DNA of 59,303 nucleotides from a virus (lineage: Duplodnaviria; Caudoviricetes), in the IMG/VR virus record IMGVR_UViG_3300030095_000202, positions 1 through 59,303 of that record; one strand, given 5' to 3'. This document shows, piece by piece, positions 38,408 to 47,389 of this stretch. Position numbers and translations under genes: made by a program. Within the stretch, counting starts at the first letter, position 1. The number at the start of each line of letters is the position of its first letter. The notes under the pieces are model-generated. The model did no database searches. It was not told where the DNA came from and was given only the letters and a program-made list of their open reading frames with translations.

Positions 38408-38674
38408 CTATGATTTGTTTAAGATACCCGCCATAAATTCATTGGCAGCGCGCACCGCTGCTTCTTCGTTACGTGCGATGTGCTCCTCACGTTCTTCGCT
38501 TATAGCTGCGGATAGGGTAGCCGTTACAGCCATCATCATCTGAGGCCACGAATCTTGCTGTTCAAACAGTAGAACAAGATTAGCGATAATCAGCGACATA
38601 ATCTCGGGTGACGCTTGGTCGGGCGCGGCTTTAGCCATGCGCTCCATAACCGCTTCAAACTTAGCTTTATCCAT
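38408..38674 (-). CDS. Hypothetical protein
   Basis: AGGAG RBS and operon context. Confidence 0.7.
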   Translation of the reverse strand: MDKAKFEAVMERMAKAAPDQASPEIMSLIIANLVLLFEQQDSWPQMMMAVTATLSAAISEEREEHIARNEEAAVRAANEFMAGILNKS

Positions 38675-38960
38675 TTCTGCGCTCCTTAAATTTTATTTGG
38701 TATCGTTTGCATCTACGTAGTATTACCTCTACGGACATGCCCGTTATACGCGCGGTCTCGGCGGCACTAAAACCTTGTTCCGATAGACGCAGTATTTGCT
38801 TGGCGGGGTTTGATCTTTCGATCTCGGACATGCGGGGCTTACCGCTGCCTCTAGCGTGTTCCTGCACGGCCCCGTAGTTTAGGGATCGACCCCCACAATA
38901 TTCAATCATCCGTTTGTTCTCAATCAAGGCCAACGCCTTCATCTTTTCCAAGGCTGTCAA
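38667..38960 (-). CDS. Protein with C-terminal HTH
   Basis: GFSAAETARITGMSVEVILRRCKRY. Confidence 0.65.
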   Translation of the reverse strand: MTALEKMKALALIENKRMIEYCGGRSLNYGAVQEHARGSGKPRMSEIERSNPAKQILRLSEQGFSAAETARITGMSVEVILRRCKRYQIKFKERRNG

Positions 38961-39108
38961 TGTTCCCTCCTAGCTTCTTTGTACCTGTTACATACATGAC
39001 GAATAGTTGCTGCGTGATCTTCTCAAGTTCCGCTTTTAGTTCGCGGTTCTCCGCACACACGCGCTCGTATTCATGGCGGTTAATCATATTGAAACTCCAC
39101 TTAGTCAT
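38920..39108 (-). CDS. Hypothetical coiled-coil protein
   Basis: Fills the operon gap. Confidence 0.55.
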   Translation of the reverse strand: MTKWSFNMINRHEYERVCAENRELKAELEKITQQLFVMYVTGTKKLGGNIDSLGKDEGVGLD

Positions 39109-39418
39109 CTGAAATATAATATATTGCTGCCCACGCTGTTAGTGACTGACTAACACTGCCCATGTTATCCTCATTGACGACTATATCTAGGCCACCCGCT
39201 TTGCATATGTCTTTTAAATTTTTAGCTTGCAGAGGCGTGGGTCTATTCTTACCCGCTTTACACTCAATGCCAAAGAACAATCCTTTGTAGCAACCTACAA
39301 TATCAGGCACACCACTTTTACCGTACCCGCCTGTGACAGGGTAGAAGTAGTACGCACCCATTGCGTCTAGCTGCCGTGTCACCTGCTTCTTAACTTTTGC
39401 TTCTGGCGTCATAGCCAT
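39101..39418 (-). CDS. VRR-NUC domain nuclease (putative Holliday junction resolvase)
   Basis: PEAKVK..GVPDI..GIECKAG..TPLQ. Confidence 0.88.
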   Translation of the reverse strand: MAMTPEAKVKKQVTRQLDAMGAYYFYPVTGGYGKSGVPDIVGCYKGLFFGIECKAGKNRPTPLQAKNLKDICKAGGLDIVVNEDNMGSVSQSLTAWAAIYYISDD

Positions 39419-39669
39419 GTGTAGTCCTCCAAAATTGATTTAATGGCGTGACAGCTATGAGGAACCGTCACGCCACCGTATATGGATGATGGGTTAGCTT
39501 GCGCCAAGGCGGCAACCAAGACAGACCATGCAAGCCACGAAAGAGCGACCCTTCACACCATCCATAACTAAAAAACTCCCTTGTGTTAGTGCGTCACTAA
39601 CAAGACCCTGCTTTCGCAAAAACTGGCATCCAAAGCCGTATGGGTTTCCCCATACAGCCCTGCGTTTTT

Positions 39670-39966
39670 CTAAAGATTAGATGGTTCGATTACCCAGAAA
39701 GTGCTATAGAACTCATTGTCACCAGCCTTGTGACCAACACCCTCTAAGTAAGCATCGTTCTCCAATAAAGATAACACCGCTAACCTCCCTTGGAACCAAT
39801 CTGGTAGCCCCTCAAAAGGTATATAGGTATCTTTTACTATCGCGTCAAGTCTTTTAATTCCAAGACTTACTATCGTTACCCAGCCAGTATCTTTCTCTGT
39901 TTGTACGCGGTAACAAACGTCAGCCGCGTACAAAACGTCACTTATGCTCAAGTAAGTAGGAAGCAC
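39670..39966 (-). CDS. Hypothetical protein, similar to the C-terminus of the upstream gene
   Basis: LPDWFQGRLAVLSLL...YLEGVG matches LPEDMMGKFSMLQLV...YVDGVG in 39948..40811. Confidence 0.65.
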   Translation of the reverse strand: MLPTYLSISDVLYAADVCYRVQTEKDTGWVTIVSLGIKRLDAIVKDTYIPFEGLPDWFQGRLAVLSLLENDAYLEGVGHKAGDNEFYSTFWVIEPSNL

Positions 39967-40811
39967 ATACGATCAGAAACTCTGTACCCCACCCCATCAA
40001 CATAGTGACAATCATCCACAAGCTGCAACATAGAAAACTTACCCATCATATCTTCGGGCAGCGTTTGTGGTGTGTACCACTGAACACAACTTTGTGGGTG
40101 TACGTCAGGGGTGTAGTTGGACAGACCATCGACCTGCAGCACGGCGCACTGTTGTTCACCCCTACGTACAGTAGTGTATATGAATACACCGTTATCTGAT
40201 CGAGCATCAAGCGTTTTGGTTTCATCCTTCTGGGCAAAGAAATCTACCAACCCTGCTTGTAACTCCTTGTCTACAAACTCATGCCCCAATGTCAGAAGGT
40301 TCTTCAACTCGGTCTCCATAGGCGAATAGTTGCTAGAGATACCGTCATGCTGAAACAATCTATTACCCATCTTACGCATCTCATGGTTGGCGTTACTGCT
40401 CACATCACGAAACGATCTAGCCGCGTTCTTCGATGACATAGCTGCCATGTCTGCCACGTTAAGCGGTGAGATGTAACGCTTGGCGTTCTTCACCGCTGTC
40501 TCTAGCTTGGTTGTCATGGACATATGGTACTGTGGGTTGTAGTCGCTGTACTTACAATTAGCGATCAAGCGACTACAAACTGTGTACGTGCGAGTACCCT
40601 TACCGCCCCTACGAAAATCACCATAGCCAACCCAAGCGCAGCAATATGGGTCATTGTCGTAGTACACCCACGCACTGTTACCACTACGCGCAAGTGTGCT
40701 GATCGGCAAAGCATTCTCTAACTCTGCAATCCAAGGCACAATATGTCCCTGCAATTTTATGTTGTGCATTTGCGCGTGACTTGTAGCTTCTTTAACTGTC
40801 GATACTTCCAT
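39948..40811 (-). CDS. Hypothetical early protein
   Basis: GGAGAACTAAAATG start, 287 aa. Confidence 0.8.
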   Translation of the reverse strand: MEVSTVKEATSHAQMHNIKLQGHIVPWIAELENALPISTLARSGNSAWVYYDNDPYCCAWVGYGDFRRGGKGTRTYTVCSRLIANCKYSDYNPQYHMSMTTKLETAVKNAKRYISPLNVADMAAMSSKNAARSFRDVSSNANHEMRKMGNRLFQHDGISSNYSPMETELKNLLTLGHEFVDKELQAGLVDFFAQKDETKTLDARSDNGVFIYTTVRRGEQQCAVLQVDGLSNYTPDVHPQSCVQWYTPQTLPEDMMGKFSMLQLVDDCHYVDGVGYRVSDRMCFLLT

Positions 40812-40849
40812 TTTAGTTCTCCTTCTGTTAGTGGTTCACTAACAAGTTA

Positions 40850-41896
40850 TCATTTCATAAACTTCGCGGTCTTGTTGACCCACGAATTAAACTTACTTCT
40901 TACTTCAGCCATATTCCCTTCCTGCATATGTTCCTTGATAGTGGTTCGGTCATACCACCCACTGTGCTCTATAAACGATGTAGCGAAATCGACCCACGCT
41001 GACACACGCATGGGATGCTCGGGGTCTTTCAACACATCACGCAACCATAACGCACGTCTCTTAGAATTGCCGTAATGTTCTCTTCTGTATTTATCTAGCT
41101 TGCCCCGTTCACCGTAGTTGTATGTGCCTGTCTCTAGTGGAAGAAGAGGGGTCATAGTGATACCCCAATCATAGAACTCGTTCATGTGTGTTTTGTATTT
41201 GTCTTTCAGTTCCTTGTTCACTCTCGGCGCAGGGGGCAACGGTAAACCACCACTGTCATGCACCCATTGTTCTTCCCCGATCCTACGGAACACCAACGCA
41301 GCACCATCGTCCTTGGCGGTCATCCACCCTTGGCGTTCTCGTATATACACGCTCTGTGCATTTGCTCGGCGGTAGTAGGCATCCCAATGTTTCTTGATGG
41401 GCGCGGGGACGCTAGTACGTTTAGCTAGGTAGTAGTCCTCACCATGTTGTTGACCCCACCGCGCACCGCCAATACGAACAAAGTGTTTACCATTCTTGTT
41501 GACGAACCGTAGTGGGTACGGCAGGTGACGAGTAAGCATATCATATATAGAATTGTGATGCCCATGTGGGCCAGAGCCGTTAGCTATCTTAACTGTATCA
41601 GTACCATCCCTGTGTCTGCGCCACACTAACGCCGCAAACTGTTCAGTAGAATTGACTGAAGGTTTTACCCTGCCACCCCCGTACCAAGGTTGGAACACAG
41701 GATCACCATACCCATACCCCTGCATGATTGCGTAGCAGTTGCCATTGATCTTGTGGATACGCTCATGCTTGCGGCGTCTGTCACCGATAGGGCGTATGTC
41801 GTTTGCCTTACCGAACCTACTACGTATCACAGGGGTAGTGTTGTATTGTGTTTCCACGTCTGCGAAACATCTGTGGTTAGTATGTATTAGTGCCAT
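40850..41896 (-). CDS. Hypothetical early protein
   Basis: Start moved to ATG 41896 (GGAG RBS). Confidence 0.75.
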   Translation of the reverse strand: MALIHTNHRCFADVETQYNTTPVIRSRFGKANDIRPIGDRRRKHERIHKINGNCYAIMQGYGYGDPVFQPWYGGGRVKPSVNSTEQFAALVWRRHRDGTDTVKIANGSGPHGHHNSIYDMLTRHLPYPLRFVNKNGKHFVRIGGARWGQQHGEDYYLAKRTSVPAPIKKHWDAYYRRANAQSVYIRERQGWMTAKDDGAALVFRRIGEEQWVHDSGGLPLPPAPRVNKELKDKYKTHMNEFYDWGITMTPLLPLETGTYNYGERGKLDKYRREHYGNSKRRALWLRDVLKDPEHPMRVSAWVDFATSFIEHSGWYDRTTIKEHMQEGNMAEVRSKFNSWVNKTAKFMK

Positions 41897-42173
41897 GCTT
41901 GGTCTCCATATTCTCATCGGCCTGTATCTCCCCCAAGCCATTACAATTATCACAGTCTTTCCACACACCAACAGGTTCGTGTACCCCGTTTGATGTTAGT
42001 ACCCACCGTTCATGCTCTATTTGACCTACGCGGTCAGAGCCTTTGCACTCGGGACAAGCAATGAATGGGTTGAACCGTTGCTTGTACTTGTCCCACGCAG
42101 CGGTAAATTCCGCTTCCTCTCTAGCCTCATGTTCTTTTATGAACTCGTTTAGGTGTTCCCACTTACCAGCCAT
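41877..42173 (-). CDS. Zn-finger protein (CxxCxG...CxxCxGxG)
   Basis: GGAGAACTGAAATG start. CPECKG and CDNCNGLG. Confidence 0.75.
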   Translation of the reverse strand: MAGKWEHLNEFIKEHEAREEAEFTAAWDKYKQRFNPFIACPECKGSDRVGQIEHERWVLTSNGVHEPVGVWKDCDNCNGLGEIQADENMETKHGTNTY

Positions 42174-42219
42174 TTCAGTTCTCCTTAGTTTGTGTATGGG
42201 TTTCCCCATACACTTTTGA

Positions 42220-43530
42220 TTACATATCACACGCTCTTACGTGTACGGTCTTGCCAACATCGGCTTCCCAACCTGCGTGGTCGAGCGTTACCCACAAGGT
42301 AGGATGACCCCACTCACCGCAACCGCCCCACAAGTGACCGTCAGTAAGAATAACGGTTGCTTCTGGTTTGATACGATGCTCTTTAAGATACGCTGGTACA
42401 CACCTAACATCTGTACCACCGCCTCCTGCGGGCTTGGTAGATTTTACCATCATGTCCAACTCGTCACGCTCGTACTTCTCCGCACGAACAACAGTAGTGT
42501 CCCAATACAGTACATGCACACATTCTGGCTTGAGCGTTGAAAGTATATGACCACACTCGGTCAACATGACAGACTGTTCACGCTGTCCGATAGAACCAGA
42601 CATATCCATAGCAAGACACACAGGCCCGATAGCGTTAGACATGAGACTTGGCATGTATACGCCAGCACTCAGGTAACGTTTGTTAGGACGCTTGAATGTC
42701 CCGAAGTCTTTACCTCGCACATGCGATGTAAAAAACTCTGCCATGTATTCTGTATAGTCAATCTGCGGCTGCAACAATTCAGTGATGTTACGATCTGCGC
42801 CGTTACCCATCTTACCCGCAGCCAACGCGCCAGACCGAACTGCCTCGTCAACTTCACGCGCAAGATCACGCTGCTCGTCAGGGGTCATATCCTCGGCCCC
42901 ATCCCAATCGTGATCGTCAAACGACGGGTCATCATCTACTGGGTATGTACCGTCATATGGTTGATCGTTCTTAATGCTTCCGCCTGCATCATCATCGTCA
43001 GCATCGCCATCGCCTTGTATGGGCTTCCCCATACCACCGTCACCGTCACCATCTTCGGGGTCACGCTTTATCGGATCGGGCAGATCGTGGAACACCTGCC
43101 CACTGTCCCAGTTACGATACTTGACGTTGAAACAACCTGTGGTCAGCGCACCTGTCATGGTGATGAAACCCTCACCATCATCGGCATCAACCAACAGCAC
43201 GTTGATAACGAAGTCACACGCCAAGTTAGCTTTCTTAGCGTTGATCTTGTGAATAGCGGCCCATGTAATCAGATGCCTAAACATCTTGTGACACACCTCA
43301 TGTAGTATGAGAAACCGCAACTCGGCATCGGTGAGTGATGCAACGAACTTACGTCCGTACCACTCGTCACGTCCATTGGTACACGCTGTGGGATAACGCT
43401 CGTTATCATCGCTGACAATGCGTTTACCCATCATCAACATCCCTGCGTAGGCACACCACTTAGGGTGCGCCATGATAGAGACAACAGCTTTTTCTATGCG
43501 CTGCTCCTCGGTTAGTATTAGTCCAAACAT
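42220..43530 (-). CDS. Metallopeptidase-vWA protein (DUF2201-like)
   Basis: PTACTNG, LHEVCH, NLACD..IN, an acidic linker, then MIDAS DMSGS, GGGT and LTDG. Confidence 0.88.
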   Translation of the reverse strand: MFGLILTEEQRIEKAVVSIMAHPKWCAYAGMLMMGKRIVSDDNERYPTACTNGRDEWYGRKFVASLTDAELRFLILHEVCHKMFRHLITWAAIHKINAKKANLACDFVINVLLVDADDGEGFITMTGALTTGCFNVKYRNWDSGQVFHDLPDPIKRDPEDGDGDGGMGKPIQGDGDADDDDAGGSIKNDQPYDGTYPVDDDPSFDDHDWDGAEDMTPDEQRDLAREVDEAVRSGALAAGKMGNGADRNITELLQPQIDYTEYMAEFFTSHVRGKDFGTFKRPNKRYLSAGVYMPSLMSNAIGPVCLAMDMSGSIGQREQSVMLTECGHILSTLKPECVHVLYWDTTVVRAEKYERDELDMMVKSTKPAGGGGTDVRCVPAYLKEHRIKPEATVILTDGHLWGGCGEWGHPTLWVTLDHAGWEADVGKTVHVRACDM

Positions 43531-43805
43531 TTCAGTTCCTCCAACTGTTGACGCATTGAAGCGTCATGTTTCATTTGCGCGTGGGTTGGTACTGCAAACG
43601 GGCCGCGCTTATGTCCCGAACACATTTCACAAGAACACTGCGCCAGATCGTTAGCGCGTTTCTTAGCAGTTATATAAAACTCTTCTTTTGTGGGTTCTAC
43701 GTACTCGTTTTCGATGTAGCTACGAAAACCAAGCAACACGCGCACCTTCAACGACCTATTGATAAGACGTTTCTGCTGCGCTCTTCTCCACGCTCTGTTT
43801 CTCAT
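43518..43805 (-). CDS. Hypothetical basic protein with CSCxxC
   Basis: GAGG RBS, RNRAWRR start. Confidence 0.65.
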   Translation of the reverse strand: MRNRAWRRAQQKRLINRSLKVRVLLGFRSYIENEYVEPTKEEFYITAKKRANDLAQCSCEMCSGHKRGPFAVPTHAQMKHDASMRQQLEELKCLD

Positions 43806-43806
43806 T

Positions 43807-44100
43807 TTAGTATTCCTCTCCTAGTATGTGGCCTCTAGCCACTTTGATATCAGTCTCCCCTACACCACCGCATAAACGACAGTGAGGGTTGACCGTATGT
43901 GAAGCGGTGGGTCTGCACTCGGGACAGCGTATGTCCCGATCACTTTGTTCCCACCCTATTAAGTCTTGCGCGTATGGGGTTCCCAATACCATATATGCAT
44001 GGTTAAAATTTCTGTGGCGTTCCGATTGACTTTTTTGAACTTTAAAAAAGTTATCTCTACGCCTCTTGTGCATCTTCCTCCTGTAATCTGATTGTCTCAT
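43807..44100 (-). CDS. Hypothetical basic Zn-finger protein
   Basis: CPEC...CRLCGGVG. Confidence 0.6.
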   Translation of the reverse strand: MRQSDYRRKMHKRRRDNFFKVQKSQSERHRNFNHAYMVLGTPYAQDLIGWEQSDRDIRCPECRPTASHTVNPHCRLCGGVGETDIKVARGHILGEEY

Positions 44101-44101
44101 G

Positions 44102-45196
44102 CTACACCTTGTCGCCGTGGAACATGTAGTTGTTAGCCACTGCCCATTCGGTGAACTTGCGGTTGGTCATAACCATCGCTTGCTTTGTGTACTTCGGTGC
44201 GCGAACACCATTGGCAAACATGCCTTGGGCTTCACGATCAAGACGCACAAGATAGTCCATCCAGTTATTGATCCACTCTTTCTCAATGACGGCCAATGTC
44301 CGAAACACGATCATACATTTAGCTGCTGCGCTTGTGGGCACGATAGCGTTTCTTGGATCGTTCTTTATGCTGTCCAAGGTTGGAAGCTGATCTGCCAGCT
44401 TGAGGTGCGTAGCCAAGTCCATAGCAGTACGCATACCAATCGTACCGATCAGTGAAGCGGTGAATGTTTGATCGTCAATCAAGTGACGTATCTTCGCCAA
44501 GTCCGATGCAGCTTCAAGCGAACGTGGTGTGACGAAACCCTTACGGTACTCTTTCGGGTGAAAGATGTGTGGGTTATCTTCTGGGTTAGGAACATCGCGG
44601 AAGCTGTGGAACCACTGTGGGTTATCCTTGGCTGCGCTCAATACACCGTGGTCAATATCATTGTTGATACCCCACCCGATCCATTGGATGTTTGTCCACT
44701 TCTTCAGTTCGATCCATGTCAGCGCGTTCATCTGATGCGCTTCAAGGAAGTCACCCAAACCCTCAGCACCAAAGTTAGTGGTCGCATAGATAATGCTGTC
44801 TGGGTGTAGGTCGTAACTACCTAAGCGTCGCTCCAACCAGAACGCACGTAACGCTCGGGCCACACCGTCTAGGGCTTTACCAACCTCGTCAATGCAGATG
44901 ATGACAGGGCCACCCAAGTGTAAGCCCAATTCTTCGTGGGGTACAAACCGAACAAACCCGTTTGTATCCATTGTCTGAAACGATGGGCATTGCAAGTCTT
45001 GCACATCTTTGTCAGGGCAGTTGAACAAGATTGCCTTGTGTGTGGGGAACCGCTTCGCCAGTGTTTTAAGTGTGGATGTTTTCCCGTTACCCATGTCACC
45101 TTCAAGCAGCACCATGCGCTTGTGTCCGATGGCAGCGATCAGGTCAACTGATTGGTCGAGGTCGAGGGAATACATTCCATTAGTAGTCATAGCCAT
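44102..45196 (-). CDS. MoxR-like AAA+ ATPase
   Basis: Walker A GDMGNGKT, Walker B ICIDE, ATTN and TPRS motifs. A vWA partner lies downstream. Confidence 0.85.
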   Translation of the reverse strand: MAMTTNGMYSLDLDQSVDLIAAIGHKRMVLLEGDMGNGKTSTLKTLAKRFPTHKAILFNCPDKDVQDLQCPSFQTMDTNGFVRFVPHEELGLHLGGPVIICIDEVGKALDGVARALRAFWLERRLGSYDLHPDSIIYATTNFGAEGLGDFLEAHQMNALTWIELKKWTNIQWIGWGINNDIDHGVLSAAKDNPQWFHSFRDVPNPEDNPHIFHPKEYRKGFVTPRSLEAASDLAKIRHLIDDQTFTASLIGTIGMRTAMDLATHLKLADQLPTLDSIKNDPRNAIVPTSAAAKCMIVFRTLAVIEKEWINNWMDYLVRLDREAQGMFANGVRAPKYTKQAMVMTNRKFTEWAVANNYMFHGDKV

Positions 45197-45238
45197 TTTA
45201 GTATCTCTTTCTGTTAGTGGTTCACTAACGGTTGATGA

Positions 45239-45334
45239 TTAGTAAAGTCCGTAGCCATAGGCCAAGAACAGCAGGATGAAGGGCAGGGCGACAACGCATA
45301 TCGCCCCAACCAAATCTTTTAGAAACTCTTTCAT
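45239..45334 (-). CDS. 31-aa membrane peptide, absent from the ORF track
   Basis: ATGA-coupled to the upstream gene. MKEFLKDLVGAICVVALPFILLFLAYGYGLY. Confidence 0.55.
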   Translation of the reverse strand: MKEFLKDLVGAICVVALPFILLFLAYGYGLY

Positions 45335-45828
45335 TGGTAGATGCTTCCAAGATAGAAGGCCAAGGATAGTGCGACTACGTACACACACGCGTAGAAGTAT
45401 GTGTGTGGTATGCGTAGTGTAGTGTACCCGGAGGAAGTGTTTTTGTTGTTCTCCGGGGAAACCTTACTATCCTCATCACTCATGAACTGTTCCGCGTGAA
45501 GAAGGCCGCTAGTCTTGCCCTCGCCCATGTTACCCTTGCGAAAATCAGTCCACTGTTGCTCATGCTTCCGTATAAACTCTAGCTCTTCTTCAGTCATACC
45601 TATTGCCTTGTTAATCACTACATCTGTGGCTTTGTTGTGGGCTACACATTTACCTGCTCTTGCACGGATACGGCACTTGCGTACCTGTATAGATTTGGGA
45701 GACCGTCCCAGTTCAGCACCAATCTCGGCGTCACTGAACTCAGCGTCCACCATCTCGGCAAGGATATCTTCTTCCTTACCTGTCCAAGCACGTCCACTTT
45801 TCGGCGTGGGTACATTCTTCCATTTCAT
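45331..45828 (-). CDS. Myb/GcrA-like HTH protein with C-terminal TM helix
   Basis: WTGKEEDIL...SDAEIGAELGRS..SIQVR and a hydrophobic C-terminus. Confidence 0.65.
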   Translation of the reverse strand: MKWKNVPTPKSGRAWTGKEEDILAEMVDAEFSDAEIGAELGRSPKSIQVRKCRIRARAGKCVAHNKATDVVINKAIGMTEEELEFIRKHEQQWTDFRKGNMGEGKTSGLLHAEQFMSDEDSKVSPENNKNTSSGYTTLRIPHTYFYACVYVVALSLAFYLGSIYQ

Positions 45829-45849
45829 TTTAGTTCTCCTTTGGTTTGA

Positions 45850-46770
45850 TTAGAACAAGTCCAGTGACGGTAGGGTTTTGATAACCTCGTCAACTGAACG
45901 CTTGGTTTCTGCGCGAAGGTCAGCGTTCTCGCGCAGCGCATCGGGTGTCACCACCCGCATTGCTTCTTCCAGATGATTAGCAGCCGCTGTCATCGTGGGG
46001 TCGTTAGTAATGTTGAAGCCTCGCATCATGTCCACAATATCTGTGACGTTGCTCACAAGTGTATCACGGAATATCTTTTTGTCCTCGTCTGCGAAGTAAT
46101 CCAGTTTGTCACTCATGTTTTGACAAACCTTGTGAGCGCGGTTCCACACGTCCTGCATAGCCGCAGCGTATCTGTCGTTGAACTTGGACTGATACTGTTC
46201 TGCAATATCGGCAATACCTGTGTTCTGTATGTCGATGCGGAAGTCACCACTTGTGGGTAGCGGTTCCACGTCAAGACTGAACGAGAACTTGGACGCGAAC
46301 TTATCAATGCTCGGATAGTCGTTCTCATTGTAGTCAGGGCCAAGGGCCATCTTAGCTTCTTCCTTACGATCCTCGTAGGCGTCCACTAATTCAGCAACCA
46401 ACGCTTCACCCTTGGCAATCTCGGTAGTCACCGCTTTGTGGTAGCTGAACGACATAGCCGTTGTTAGCAGCCGACCACCACCGTCTTTCCACGGCAGCGT
46501 CAGGTTCTTGTGAGTGTTACGAACTTTTGTCACTTGCTTCTTGACCGCTTCTAGCTCCTCGCACTTCTTACCGAACAAGGACTTTATAGCAGTGAACGCC
46601 TCACTGTCTGCGCCCGACATAGCAGCCAGACGAGCAGCGGCCTCGGGGTCATTCTTCCGCATGCGTGTCTGTGTAATAGAGAGGTCTACGAGCATCGCGC
46701 TTGAGGATATTGATGCAACGGCATCTGTATCCAATTCGGCAAAGGTCATGCCTGTTGAAAGATCGTTCAT
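45850..46770 (-). CDS. DUF3150-like helical protein
   Basis: TLPW..GGRLL, YNENDYPS, FRDTLVSN and FNITND motifs. Adjacent to the AAA/vWA pair. Confidence 0.6.
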   Translation of the reverse strand: MNDLSTGMTFAELDTDAVASISSSAMLVDLSITQTRMRKNDPEAAARLAAMSGADSEAFTAIKSLFGKKCEELEAVKKQVTKVRNTHKNLTLPWKDGGGRLLTTAMSFSYHKAVTTEIAKGEALVAELVDAYEDRKEEAKMALGPDYNENDYPSIDKFASKFSFSLDVEPLPTSGDFRIDIQNTGIADIAEQYQSKFNDRYAAAMQDVWNRAHKVCQNMSDKLDYFADEDKKIFRDTLVSNVTDIVDMMRGFNITNDPTMTAAANHLEEAMRVVTPDALRENADLRAETKRSVDEVIKTLPSLDLF

Positions 46771-46811
46771 TTTAGTTCTCCTTGGTTTATGTATGGGGAA
46801 ACCCATACGGT

Positions 46812-47009
46812 TCATCTTGGCTTTTGATTGAGAGCGAGCAGATCACTCTTACGAGTGATGCGTGTGTAGTGACCCTTGGGTGTGGGTACGATTGTCCACG
46901 TAGACCGTTCTGTCTTGGCGGTACTGTCGCCACAGTCTAGGCAAACTTTGTACCCGAGCAGTACGCGTTTGCGCGGTTCGATATCTTCACCGCAGGTAAT
47001 GCAGATCAT
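46812..47009 (-). CDS. DksA/TraR-like C4 zinc-finger protein
   Basis: CITCGEDIEPRKRVLLGYKVCLDCG. Confidence 0.6.
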   Translation of the reverse strand: MICITCGEDIEPRKRVLLGYKVCLDCGDSTAKTERSTWTIVPTPKGHYTRITRKSDLLALNQKPR

Positions 47010-47021
47010 TGTAGGGTCTCC

Positions 47022-47177
47022 TTAGTTGTTGGGGTCGTAATCGTGGACAGTGCAAGTATCTATGTTTAGTCCGTCCATCAGGACTAGAATATCTTGCATA
47101 TCGTAAGGCTTCTTTACCCACACTATATGCGTGATGTTTGTGTAGTAGTTCACGCGTACAGTCAGCAGTTTCCACAT
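47022..47177 (-). CDS. 51-aa hypothetical protein, absent from the ORF track
   Basis: AGGAGAACTGCAATG start. MWKLLTVRVNYY...YDPNN. Confidence 0.65.
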   Translation of the reverse strand: MWKLLTVRVNYYTNITHIVWVKKPYDMQDILVLMDGLNIDTCTVHDYDPNN

Positions 47178-47257
47178 TGCAGTTCTCCTTCTGTGCAGGG
47201 TGCGAAACTTGTATGGGTTTCCCCATACGCATCAAGCACGGTGTCTGTGTCTGTCAT
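47162..47257 (-). CDS. 31-aa leader ORF
   Basis: GGAGACTACAATG start just downstream of the promoter. It contains one palindrome copy. Confidence 0.4.
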   Translation of the reverse strand: MTDTDTVLDAYGETHTSFAPCTEGELQCGNC

Positions 47258-47289
47258 TGTAGTCTCCAATCATTTGTCCAACTTTTGTT

Positions 47290-47318
47290 ACTATACCATA
47301 CTTTGTAGGTAATGTCAA
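47290..47318 (-). promoter_or_regulatory. Sigma70-type early promoter
   Basis: TTGACA-17 nt-TATAGT with an extended TG. Confidence 0.85.
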
Positions 47319-47389
47319 GTGATATCAGGAGGTGTTATCTGGAGGTGTTATGTTGTAGGGGTGGGGGTTCGTGTGTGATAAGTGGTAGG

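Larger units (their letters stand above)
39138..45229. promoter_or_regulatory. Dispersed 17-bp palindrome GTTAGTG-N3-CACTAAC, 3 copies plus 1 variant
   Basis: Copies start at 39585, 40827 and 45213, with a variant at 39138. Confidence 0.8.

Noticed and set aside
42547-43305. 252-aa plus-strand ORF
   Set aside because: Antisense to the well-supported metallopeptidase-vWA gene.
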